NCBI RefSeq assembly: GCF_018336915.1
Contig: NZ_CP064921.1
Location: 112,268 to 144,267, forward strand
From: Acaryochloris marina S15
Lineage (GTDB): Bacteria; Cyanobacteriota; Cyanobacteriia; Thermosynechococcales; Thermosynechococcaceae
Direction: 5' to 3'
DNA: 32,000 bases
Each line of letters starts with the position of its first letter. Position 1 is the stretch's first letter. The notes below the pieces were generated by a model. The model worked only from the letters and a program-made list of their open reading frames with translations. It searched no databases and had not been told where the DNA came from. Made by a program: the position numbers and the translations under genes. Below, in pieces: positions 21,189-30,055 of the stretch.

Positions 21189-22176
21189 CAAATTTGACTG
21201 ATGGTGGGATAAACCTGATCATACTTATCGGCAAAGTGAGTCAGAGCATCTTCCGCCTCACAGACCGTTGCCGCTTGATAAATCGGCTTGAGATCAGCTG
21301 CAACTTCCTTGCGGTGTTTCCAACTGACATATTTGAGAGAATTGCGGATCAAGTGGACGATACACAGTTGCACACGAGTCTGGGGATAGAGGGTTTCAAT
21401 GGCTTCTGGAAAACCTGTTAATCCGTCTACACAAGCGATAAAAACATCTTGCAATCCCCGATTTTTGAGATCCGTCAAGACCTTGAGCCAGAATTTAGCC
21501 CCCTCCCGTTCTTGAGGTCCGATCCATAAGCCTAAGACTTCTTTGTGGCCATCGAGGTTTATCCCTAGTACTACATATACTGCCCGACTTTTAACCCGTC
21601 CTTCTTGGCGGATTTTGACGTACAATGCATCCAAAAACAGGATGGGATACAGCGCATCCACGGGGCGAGTTTGCCACTGACGGACTTCTTCCGTAATCGC
21701 ATCGGTGACTTGAGAAATCAGGGTTGGGGATAGCTCAATTCCATACAACTCTTCCAGCTGGCCTTGAATATCTCGGGTACTGCTCCCTCGTGCATACAGT
21801 GCCAAAATCTTCTCATCAAGACCGGCCAATCGACGCTGGCCTTTAGGCACAATAATCGGCTCAAACTCGCTGAGGCGATCTCGAGGGATCTGAAGGTCGA
21901 AAGCCCTTGTTCGGTATTGATCGTTTTAGCGGAATACCCATTACGACTATTGCCCGATTTTGAAGGCGATGGAGACTCTCCTGTGGGTGTGCTTTGCAGA
22001 TGATGGCTCAGTTCTGCTTGTAAGGCTTTCTCAATCAGGCGTTTTGATAATTGCTTGATTAATCCCTCCTCCCCCAATATCTGCTCAGGACTGCTGTAGT
22101 CCTGCATCAGTTCATCAAGAAGTTGCTCAACTTTTGGATCACAGTGGCGTTGTTTTTTCAAAGCGGTCTCCTTCAA
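21189..22176 (-). pseudogene. IS256-family transposase, N-terminal and central part, also frameshifted
   Basis: ORFs 21718..22176 and 21176..21850. One extra G in the minus-strand G3 run (plus-strand C-run 21904-21906) gives KTINTEQGAFDLQIPRDRLSEFEPIIVPKGQRRLAG. The gene is truncated at 21189 by the nested IS. Confidence 0.85.
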
Positions 22177-22251
22177 TCTGGATGTACTTTAAACCGCTTA
22201 CACAAAATAATTTACAGTCTCGCATGCTTGAGATATGGAAGGTTGGATATT

Positions 22252-22960
22252 CTACTGTACCTTCATTTCCTGGCCTGCTGACATCTCTAACAGTTGAGGG
22301 ATAGTGACGAGTTGATATCCTTGCTGCCTCAATTGGGTGATGATTTGAGGAAGGGCTTTAATGGTCAACTCCCGATCACCACCGCCGTCATGCATCAATA
22401 TGATCCCACCTGATGTAGCATTCTGGAGTATATTTTGCACGGCTTCATCAACCGTCCCATGATAGATATCATCTACACTCCACAAAATAGTGACTTGCTG
22501 TTGAGCCTGAGCTTCGGCTACTAAACCGTTGTTGGGGTTTTTTGCACGTCCCCTCGAAATGGTATATTTCAACTCGAAATGCGTGTATCTCAATTCGGAA
22601 TATACTTTTTCGCAGCTTGATTAGAATAGAAACTGCCAATCGTTCAAATATCGATATATCATAGGTTCTAGCGTCTCATAAATCTTTAGACTGAATGAGA
22701 AATGCATTATGAGACATGCTTTGAGACACAGAATTTCAGCATCTCAAAAAGTTCACTTTTTGAGACAGGCTTTCAGCACCCACACTAATTTTCTAGAAAT
22801 GGCTAAAACCCGCACTATAAAAGCTTCTTAGACATAATCTACTCGGTTATACTTACACCTCAAAAGCCTGGAATGTACCTTTTCGAGGGGACGTGCAAAA
22901 AACCCCGTAGTGGAGCGCTGGCGGCATGGAGATGCACTGATACCTACAGAATGGATAGCT
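22252..22960 (-). pseudogene. Polysaccharide deacetylase (NodB-domain) remnant interrupted by a MITE
   Basis: The C-terminus VTILWSVDDIYHG...GGIILMHDGGGDRELTIKALPQIITQLRQQGYQLVTIPQLL is typical NodB-family. Sequence upstream of the MITE is only weakly NodB-like, and the N-terminus is missing. Confidence 0.6.
22534..22906. mobile_element. MITE-like element, 373 bp, with perfect 26-bp TIRs
   Basis: GGGGTTTTTTGCACGTCCCCTCGAAA at 22534-22559 is the exact reverse complement of 22881-22906. There is no ORF inside. The interior has three TGAGACA motifs and a 9-bp hairpin. Confidence 0.8.
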
Positions 22961-23087
22961 AGTGAAATAGAAAGTTCAAATTAGCTTACTCATACTAATC
23001 TCTACCAACTCACCCGCCGCATAGGTGACGTTCCCTCAAAGTTGCAATCTCAGATCCAATCCCTCTCCCTCGACCAACTTGAAGCCC

Positions 23088-23510
23088 CTACGGTGTACAC
23101 ATAAGTCGGTTTTGAGCTATTTCCCATGCAAAGAACATCGTCTCAAACCGTTTTAGGCCATGGGTTAGCGTTGCTGTGCCTGGAGGTCTTTGAGACTGAT
23201 ACCCCTTCCATCCACCCAGGCGGGCAACAATCCAAGTTGCCCAGGCCAAGGAGTTAATCGGATAAGGATTTTGTAGCTTTGTAGTTTTACCTTGGACTGT
23301 GGGGGCAATTTGTTTCAGGTATTGCTGCTGTTCATCGGTAAAAGTGATAGATGCAGGCCATTGTGGCTCGTCTCGTCCTTCCACCATTTGCAATGTCGCA
23401 ATCGCAACCGATAAGGCTAAGACGGTGAGGCGCTGAATTGCTTCACCCGATTCGAGTTGCGTCGATTCAAGATCTAACCCCGTCTTCTTGAGTTGCGCGA
23501 AAAGCCGCTC
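23088..23510 (-). pseudogene. IS4/Tn5-like transposase, C-terminal fragment
   Basis: The minus strand reads ERLFAQLKKTGLDLESTQLESGEAIQRLTVLALSVAIATLQMVEG...WATWIVARLGGWKGYQSQRPPG...*. Compare Tn5 EEFHKAWKTG...ARLGGF. Confidence 0.88.
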
Positions 23511-23590
23511 AGTCTGCCAGCCATAAAACCCCTATACAAACACACCGTATCGCCTGCCCAATTATCGGAATAAAGGGGTTACTGCAATTA

Positions 23591-23797
23591 GTGAAGCTAG
23601 TTGCCAGAATGAAAGCAAATCACTTATCAGCTCAACAAGAAGGTTGCGAATGTCAGAGCGAAACGAGTCCCCCCGTCAAATTTTCTAAAACAGAGAATCT
23701 GTGGCTAAGCTTGCCTCATCCCAAACGCCAGCGATTAGTCTGTATCCTCAGTCAGATGTTAAAGAGCCAGATGGTGGCCCAAAACAGAGGGAGGTGA
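23591..23797 (+). CDS. Hypothetical small protein upstream of the recombinase (possible accessory or directionality factor)
   Basis: 68-codon ORF with a GTG start; an alternative ATG is at 23609. It ends 3 nt before the recombinase ATG, and its last codons supply the GGGAGG ribosome-binding site. No recognisable family. Confidence 0.3.
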   Translation: MKLVARMKANHLSAQQEGCECQSETSPPVKFSKTENLWLSLPHPKRQRLVCILSQMLKSQMVAQNRGR

Positions 23798-23800
23798 GCA

Positions 23801-25960
23801 ATGAACTCCAAGATTGAGCTAGGAATATGGACATCAGAAAAACTTCAGCCCCATCATCTAGAACGGTTAGCCATCGTGTATGTACGTCAATCAACCTTAC
23901 AGCAAGTGGTGAATCATCAAGAATCGACTCGACTTCAATATGGTTTGGTCCATCGTGCTGAGACTTTGGGCTGGAACCGCAAGAGAGTGCTGACCATTGA
24001 TGATGATTTAGGCAAATCTGGTAGTAGTGCTGAAGGTCGTGTCGGTTTTCAACGCTTGGTTACTGAAGTTGGCCTCAATCATGTTGGCTTAATCTTAGGT
24101 ATAGAGATGTCGCGTCTTGCTCGCTCATCTAAGGACTGGCATCAACTATTAGAAATTTGTGCCTTGTTCGGAACGCTGATTGCAGACCTTGATGGCATCT
24201 ATGATCCCAGTCAGTATAATGACCGTCTCCTGTTGGGGTTAAAAGGAACCATGAGTGAAGCAGAGCTCCACATTCTCAAACAGCGATTGGTTCAAGGCAA
24301 ACACGCAAAAGCTCAACGGGGAGAATTAGGCTTTAGCGTGCCTATTGGTTATGTCCGTCATCCTTCTGGAGTCGTTCAATTTGACCCAGACGAACAGGCT
24401 CAGCAAATTGTAAAACTCATCTTCCGAAAATTTGAAGACCTCGGTACACTCCACGGTGTTCTTCGCTATTTAGTAACCCATCAAATTCAAATTGGAGTCC
24501 GGGTACTATCTGGTGCACATAAAGGTGATCTAGAGTGGCGACGACCCACTCGAGCAACATTACAGTGCTTACTGAAAAACCCTGCTTATGCTGGGGCATA
24601 CGCTTATGGTCGCAAACAAATTGATCCTCGAAAAAAGAAAGCAGGACGTCCCCGTACGGGATCAGTCGTTCAACCCCCTGAGAATTGGTTGGTATTAATT
24701 AAAGACCATCATCCTGCTTACATTGGTTGGGAGCAATACCAGCGGAATGTCTCTCAACTACAATCTAATCGAAACCGTGCGAAGGAAGTTGGGGTAGCAC
24801 GCCCAGGAACAGCGCTGCTATCTGGCCTCCTCAGATGTGGCAAATGTGGTAGCTATATGATGATCCACTATCCACAAAAGGGGCATCATCAGTATGTCTG
24901 CCGCCAAGAGGCTGTCAATTATGGCGGTGTTCTCTGTCAAAGTTTGTCAGGACCTTGTTTAGATATATACGTCTCCAAACAAGTGTTGCAGGCATTAAAA
25001 CCTGCGGCCTTAGAATTAGCACTTGCTGCGACGATGCATTTAGAGCAGGACCATTTAGAGCTTAATCAGCTTTGGCAACACCGCTTGGAGCGAGCTACAT
25101 TTGAAGCGGAACGAGCAGGCCGACATTATCGTTTGGTCGAACCTGAAAATCGATTAGTCGCTCGACAATTAGCTCAAGACTGGGAAGCCAAATTACAAGC
25201 ACATCAAGATCTTCAACAAGAGTATAACCGCTTCTGTTCCCAGCAATCTCAATCACTATCCGCTGATGAGAAACAGGCCATTCGGCAACTGGCTGAAGAT
25301 TTACCTGCACTTTGGAAAGCAGAAACCACTACACAAATTCAACGCAAAGAAATTATTCGGCAAGTGATTCAAAACATCAGCGTGAATATCATTGGCAAAA
25401 GTGAACACGCTCAAGTGGTGATTGAGTGGGTAGGAGGGGACTCCACCCATGATCAAATTACCCGTCCGGTTGCCCATTGGACTCAGCTAAGTTTCTATCC
25501 CCAACTATGTGAAAAACTAGAACAGTGTGCTGAAGAAAACTTGAGTACAGATGAAATTATTGATTGCCTACACCAAGCTGGATTCCATCCCCCCAAACGT
25601 CGCCAAACGTTCAACCGACAAATTGTCCAGACGTTGATGCGGCGCTTAAGCATAGGTTCTCATCCTGTTATGCATAAACGAGCTGCTCTTGGAGAGAATG
25701 AGTGGTGGCTGCCTGATTTAGCAAAACATTTAGAGATGCCAAGGGTCACACTTTACCACTGGCTCAGACGGGGATGGGTCAAAGCACGACAGCAGTCTGA
25801 ACACTCTAGATGTTGGATTGTCTGGGCTGATCAGGCAGAAGTAGACCGATTGAAACGTTATCGACAATCCCCTGTAGGTGAGACTCTAAGGCAACGATGG
25901 AAAGGCGAAGTTCCCGATATAGCTATCTGTCCTGATGGAACCGAAATTCCCAAACTGTAA
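23801..25960 (+). CDS. Large serine recombinase (resolvase domain, recombinase domain, zinc ribbon, coiled coil, C-terminal HTH-like extension)
   Basis: Has LAIVYVRQSTLQQ (catalytic Ser), GIEMSRLARS, LLRCGKCGSYM...YVCRQ...LCQS (Cys-rich ribbon), a long Q/E-rich helix, and a C-terminal LAKHLEMPRVTLYHWLRRGWVKARQ. Confidence 0.9.
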   Translation: MNSKIELGIWTSEKLQPHHLERLAIVYVRQSTLQQVVNHQESTRLQYGLVHRAETLGWNRKRVLTIDDDLGKSGSSAEGRVGFQRLVTEVGLNHVGLILGIEMSRLARSSKDWHQLLEICALFGTLIADLDGIYDPSQYNDRLLLGLKGTMSEAELHILKQRLVQGKHAKAQRGELGFSVPIGYVRHPSGVVQFDPDEQAQQIVKLIFRKFEDLGTLHGVLRYLVTHQIQIGVRVLSGAHKGDLEWRRPTRATLQCLLKNPAYAGAYAYGRKQIDPRKKKAGRPRTGSVVQPPENWLVLIKDHHPAYIGWEQYQRNVSQLQSNRNRAKEVGVARPGTALLSGLLRCGKCGSYMMIHYPQKGHHQYVCRQEAVNYGGVLCQSLSGPCLDIYVSKQVLQALKPAALELALAATMHLEQDHLELNQLWQHRLERATFEAERAGRHYRLVEPENRLVARQLAQDWEAKLQAHQDLQQEYNRFCSQQSQSLSADEKQAIRQLAEDLPALWKAETTTQIQRKEIIRQVIQNISVNIIGKSEHAQVVIEWVGGDSTHDQITRPVAHWTQLSFYPQLCEKLEQCAEENLSTDEIIDCLHQAGFHPPKRRQTFNRQIVQTLMRRLSIGSHPVMHKRAALGENEWWLPDLAKHLEMPRVTLYHWLRRGWVKARQQSEHSRCWIVWADQAEVDRLKRYRQSPVGETLRQRWKGEVPDIAICPDGTEIPKL

Positions 25961-26060
25961 AATTCTTAAGGTAAAGGTCTTATGTCACAAAATTATTCTT
26001 CGTCTATGCGACCTCAACGGAAAAACTCTGATGTCTATAGGGGCATCAAGGCTGGCACAT

Positions 26061-27067
26061 CTCAATTCTCCACCTGAATTTGTACCATTCCAGAATTTGT
26101 AGCGCTTGCTCAAGGGATTCCACCGTGTGAGTGGTCAATAAGCGCCAATGAATCGGGTTCTGACCTTTGGGCGTTGTCTGTTCTACCGCTTCGATGGCAT
26201 ACAGTTGAATACTCGGTGGATAGTCCAATTCCTTCAAATGTTCAGGTCGTTGAATTTTGACTGGAGCACAGCGGATCAGTAGCTTTGCATCTCTAGCCAT
26301 CCGCTGAGTACGGGATTCGTACTCAATCGTAATCGTGGTAAATCCAATCCCCCACCGTGATTTGAGATATCCATAGAGTGATTTGGATTGACCTAGCAGA
26401 CGACGGTCTTGACGAACCCTGACTAGGAGATGATTGAATGCATCGGGAACCGTTGCCCACTCTTCATATAAGTCCGATTCTCGGTCACCGATATGAGTGA
26501 CCAGGCTAGCCCCTCCTGTCTTCAGACAGTGTTGACTTCGCTCAGCAGATGCTAACCATTTGAAGGATTCTTTCTCCTCAATCGGCAGGTTTTGATATCC
26601 TCCTCTATCTTTGACGGTTGGACGATTCGGGTCCCGAGTCCACAGTTGAAGTGCACTCAATCCTAACGGGAAACCAGTCCCTGCATCTAAGGCGAGGGTC
26701 GGGTGAATAAAAAAGCCCACATCGCGATCATTGCCGACAACACCCAACTCTTCTAGCTTTAAGCGTCCTGAATGAGATTGTAAGTTGACCTCACTTGTAT
26801 CACTGACGGCTAAAACGTGTCGTCCTTTGACTTGTTGCTGGCAGTGGTCACAGAGGCTTTTGACCAACTCAGATATGGACACGTTTTCATTCTCTAAGAA
26901 GCGATAGAAGCCCACTTGCTCTGCGCGACCTTGGCTGATTTGACGGATGCTTACGCTCTGATGGTGATGAATGGCATCGAATAATGAAGCCCCCTTTTGA
27001 GCAAACGAAGGTCGCCAAAGGTAGTTCCATTAATCAGTTCTTCGTGCACCAAAATAGGATTTTCCAT
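26061..27067 (-). pseudogene. IS4/Tn5-like transposase, N-terminal fragment, also frameshifted
   Basis: Starts at ATG 27067 (MENPILVHEELINGTTFGDLRLLKRG). One extra G in the minus-strand G5 run (plus-strand C-run 26990-26994) links it to ASLFDAIHHHQSVSIRQISQGRAEQVGFYRFLENENVS... It ends ...EWYKFRWRIE at the insert. Confidence 0.88.
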
Positions 27068-27375
27068 ATCTATGAGGATGCTCTATACGACTTCACTACA
27101 GTCTAATTCAGACTTGTGTGTACACCGTAGCTTGAAGCCCTCGGTGAAGCCTTGCTCGACTTTACGGAATCTACTGACCTAATAAATTGGCTGGAGCAAC
27201 ACCACACCAATTAACAAGTTTTCAGCTCAGTCAGACGCACAGTGGACACGTCGGCATGTTGAGCTAAATACGAAATAATTTGTACCACAGAGAACGAACT
27301 TCAAGATCACACTATTAGATCTGAGGTTTTAATTCCAGATTTTTGACTAAAATCTGTATTACACGAAAAATTACA

Positions 27376-28551
27376 CTAAAAAATGACTGTCTTAGGCTCG
27401 TTTCTAGAATTCTTTCCCCGATTGACTTTGGAGATTCCAGTGTTCGCTGGTGGTCCTGGCCGATCAATCCATAACTCAAGATACTGATCCACCTTTATCA
27501 AAAGCTTCCGAAGGTTCTGATAGGGAATGTCGCCTTCACGCTGAAGGCGACCCACAACAATCCCTGGATGTCGTTGTTGAATTCCGGCAAATGCCTGAAC
27601 CTTCTTCGCGGAGAAGTAAGGTGAAGTTTGCTCTACAAAATGCTCTAATGCGACCGGATCAAGTAGCCAGTCAGCAGCTAACTGATTCGCTTCAGTCTCT
27701 TCCTGATTCACTGCCAGATTATCTAAATTATCTAAATAGCTACCCTTGTGCTGGGCAACAATGTGGCCTAATTCATGCAACAGCGTAAACCAAAAGCTAT
27801 CGATGCGATTGTGGCGTAGTGTTAGGGCAACAACAGGCTTGTTCTCTAGATAGAACGCTGCACCATCAAGATAAGTTTTCTTCAAATGAGGCACAATTGC
27901 AAAATGAACACCAAGACTTAGAAGCTTTTTAGGAACAAGAGCTAGAGCCTCGGCCTCAGAAGTATAAGTCAAGATTTCTGGCAGGGCTGCTTTCAATTTT
28001 TTGGGTTCAAAAGTTGCCACCTCTTGCTGAGTGACAAGATTTTCAACTCGCTTAACCCATGCTATTTGAGCTTGTACTTCTGGATCACGGTCTTCGGACT
28101 GACGACAACTTACGGCGAGTTTCGGGGGTTCATCAATATCCTCAATTCCAAAAAATTGGCAAAGCTGTCTTTCGAGTTCGATCACTGAATCAGTTGCAAC
28201 AATCCACCCCTGCTTAATCATCTCTGTAATAGGTGCGAGACTATAAAGATAGCTTTTACGGGCAATCTCGCTATCAAATGAAGGACCATTTGCATCTTTC
28301 TTCGCTACAAACAAACGATATTTAGCCTCTAAGTTGGTCCAAAGCTCAGCAGATGTTCCTAATGCCTCTGCTAACTCGATTGCAGTTTCTGGAGTGATTT
28401 GCTTATTCCCCTTTACGATTCCGCTAATCGTTTGAGCTGGTCGCCCCATGATTTCGGCTAAATCTTTTTGTGTCCATCCCCTAGCCTCCAATTCACGATG
28501 CAAAATACGCCCAGGCGGTGACACTCTTGCAGGTATCAATGTCTGGCTCAT
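27376..28551 (-). CDS. HigA-type XRE-HTH antitoxin fused to an ImmA/IrrE (COG2856) metallopeptidase domain
   Basis: The N-terminus is LHRELEARGWTQKDLAEIMGRPAQTISGIVKGNKQITPETAIELAEALGTSAELWTNLEAKYRL. The C-terminal domain carries the HELGH zinc motif (FTLLHELGHI). It lies 26 nt downstream of the higB stop. Confidence 0.85.
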   Translation of the reverse strand: MSQTLIPARVSPPGRILHRELEARGWTQKDLAEIMGRPAQTISGIVKGNKQITPETAIELAEALGTSAELWTNLEAKYRLFVAKKDANGPSFDSEIARKSYLYSLAPITEMIKQGWIVATDSVIELERQLCQFFGIEDIDEPPKLAVSCRQSEDRDPEVQAQIAWVKRVENLVTQQEVATFEPKKLKAALPEILTYTSEAEALALVPKKLLSLGVHFAIVPHLKKTYLDGAAFYLENKPVVALTLRHNRIDSFWFTLLHELGHIVAQHKGSYLDNLDNLAVNQEETEANQLAADWLLDPVALEHFVEQTSPYFSAKKVQAFAGIQQRHPGIVVGRLQREGDIPYQNLRKLLIKVDQYLELWIDRPGPPANTGISKVNRGKNSRNEPKTVIF

Positions 28552-28669
28552 GCGTCTCCCTCTTAGTTCGTTTTAAGTTAGTGATAGTCTTCAATATCAA
28601 TGATCAATAGAAAATTACCGTCTTTATCCTTCACTATTGAGACAATTAATCGCCATTGCTTGTTTAATC

Positions 28670-30055
28670 GGCTCTCCGGTAATTAGCGTGGTGACACCCT
28701 ACATATAGTGTTTATTCCTTAGTCATCTCCTATGGAATGATCTGAGGAGGTACTTCAGAACGAGAGTGTCATGGATAACTCAATTCGCATTCCCCTCAAC
28801 CTTCCCGATGTTCAAGTTCTAGAGCTATCGAAGACGGAACGAGGGATTGGCTGATCAAAATTGAGAGTACTCTGCAAGGAACAACCTGCCACAAATGTGG
28901 ACATGAGATTACTGACCTTCACTGCCATGATCAGGCTCTTCGAATTCGTCACTTGCCATTGTTCGAAGTACCAGTGTATTTAGAAATTCGGCCCAAGCGC
29001 TATCGATGCGGGTATTGCGATGACCATCCCACAACAACTCAACGCTTAGAATGGCATGAACCTCGCAGTCCCAATACAAAAGCTTATGAGCATTGGCTTC
29101 TGCGTATCCTGATCAACTCAACGGTCTCAGATGTTGCTAGAAAACTAGGCGTTAGTGAGGATGTCGTCAGTGGCACCATTGATCGCTGGATTGCCTGTCA
29201 AGTTGACTGGAGCGAATATTTAGACCTCAAGGTTATCGGGATTGACGAGATTTCGCTGAAAAGAGGCCACCGTGATTTTGTAGTTTTGATCACGATTCCT
29301 ACCACAGGCGGAGTAGACATATTGGCAGTTCTGGCCGACCGCAAACAACAGACCGTTGCAAATTTTCTTCAATCGATTCCCCTTCATTTACGCCAAACCA
29401 TTGAGCGGGTTTGTACTGATATGTATCAAGGATTTGTCAGTGCAGTCCGTGAACAACTCCCTCAAACAAAAATTGTCATTGACCGCTTTCATGTGGCCAA
29501 AGCCTATCGTAATTGTGCCGATACAGTTCGTAAACGGGAGGTCAAACGTCTACGCCAAGAACTCCCTAAGCAAGACTATGACAGTATCAAAGGTGCGATG
29601 TGGGCCTTTCGAAAACGGCCTGAGAATCTCCAGGAGTCAGAACAACAGTTGCTTGAGCGAGTGTTTGCTTATTCTCCTGAGATGAAGCAGGCCTACAAAC
29701 TCCGAGAGGAATTGACACAGATATTTGAGGGTAGGTACACCAAAAACGGAGCTAAATGTGCCATCCGGGCTTGGTGTAAACGAGTCCTCAAAAGTGACAT
29801 CAAGGATTTTGAGAGTTTCCTGACCACTGTCAACAATTGGATGGATGAGATGACCAACTATTTTCTGGAGGGATGGACCAGTGGCTTTGTCGAAGGATTT
29901 AACAACCGAGTTAAGGTCCTAAAAAGACGATGCTACGGTATTTTCGATATTGAAAGGCTCTTCCAAAGGATTTCGCTTGACCTCAATGGGTATCAGACTT
30001 TTGCCTTGACCTAAACACTATATCTAGCGGCTACCACGCTAATTCCCAGAGAGCC
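28670..30055 (+). mobile_element. ISL3-family insertion sequence, 1386 bp
   Basis: The TIRs begin GGCTCT, as is typical for ISL3: GGCTCTCCGGTAATTAGCGTGGT and, as reverse complement, GGCTCTCTGGGAATTAGCGTGGT. An 8-bp direct repeat GTTTAATC lies at 28662-28669 and 30056-30063. Confidence 0.92.
28771..30014 (+). CDS. ISL3-family transposase, frameshifted in a G3 run
   Basis: ATG 28771 opens MDNSIRIPLNLPDVQVLELSKTERG. One extra G at 28843-28845 gives DWLIKIESTLQGTTCHKCGHEITDLHCHDQALRIRHLPLFEVPVYLEIRPKRYRC, running into ORF 28953..30014. Confidence 0.88.

Larger units (their letters stand above)
19491..22227 (-). mobile_element. IS256-family element (outer copy) carrying a nested IS; ends approximate
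   Basis: Imperfect terminal repeats both start GCATGC and both contain TTTTGTGTAAGC (19512-19523; reverse complement at 22196-22207). No clean target duplication was found. Confidence 0.65.
23508..26064 (+). mobile_element. Integrase-only element (2553 bp between CTCA cores) encoding a large serine recombinase
   Basis: The CTCA core is present at 23508-23511 and 26061-26064. The inverted arms are GTC-TGCCAGCC-ATAAAA-CCCCTATA (23512-23536) and TATAGGGG-CATCAA-GGCTGGCA-CAT (26036-26060). Excision restores the host transposase frame. Confidence 0.85.
23088..27130 (-). mobile_element. IS4-family (Tn5-like) IS, 4043 bp because it carries a 2.55-kb insert
   Basis: 20-bp TIRs CTACGGTGTACACATAAGTC (23088-23107) and GACTTGTGTGTACACCGTAG (27111-27130), with one mismatch. 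A 10-bp direct repeat CTTGAAGCCC lies at 23078-23087 and 27131-27140. Confidence 0.92.
22971..27214 (+). pseudogene. DUF4351-type C-terminal remnant (Rpn/YhgA-like nuclease family), split by an IS4 insertion
   Basis: 22971-23087 joined to 27141-27214 (one TSD copy removed) reads ...LILISTNLTRRIGDVPSKLQSQIQSLSLDQLEALGEALLDFTESTDLINWLEQHHTN*. A stop lies immediately upstream at 22968-22970, so only the tail of the gene survives. Confidence 0.55.

Noticed and set aside
23088-27130. The serine recombinase as a prophage or ICE integrase marking a large island.
   Set aside because: The attL-like and attR-like ends are only 2553 bp apart and enclose nothing but the recombinase and a 68-codon ORF. 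There are no phage or conjugation genes.
27330-27352. An AT-rich 8-bp hairpin, CAGATTTT-TGACT-AAAATCTG, near the higA-immA 3' end.
   Set aside because: The stem is entirely weak, and no U-tract follows on the minus strand where it would be needed. It is not a credible terminator.
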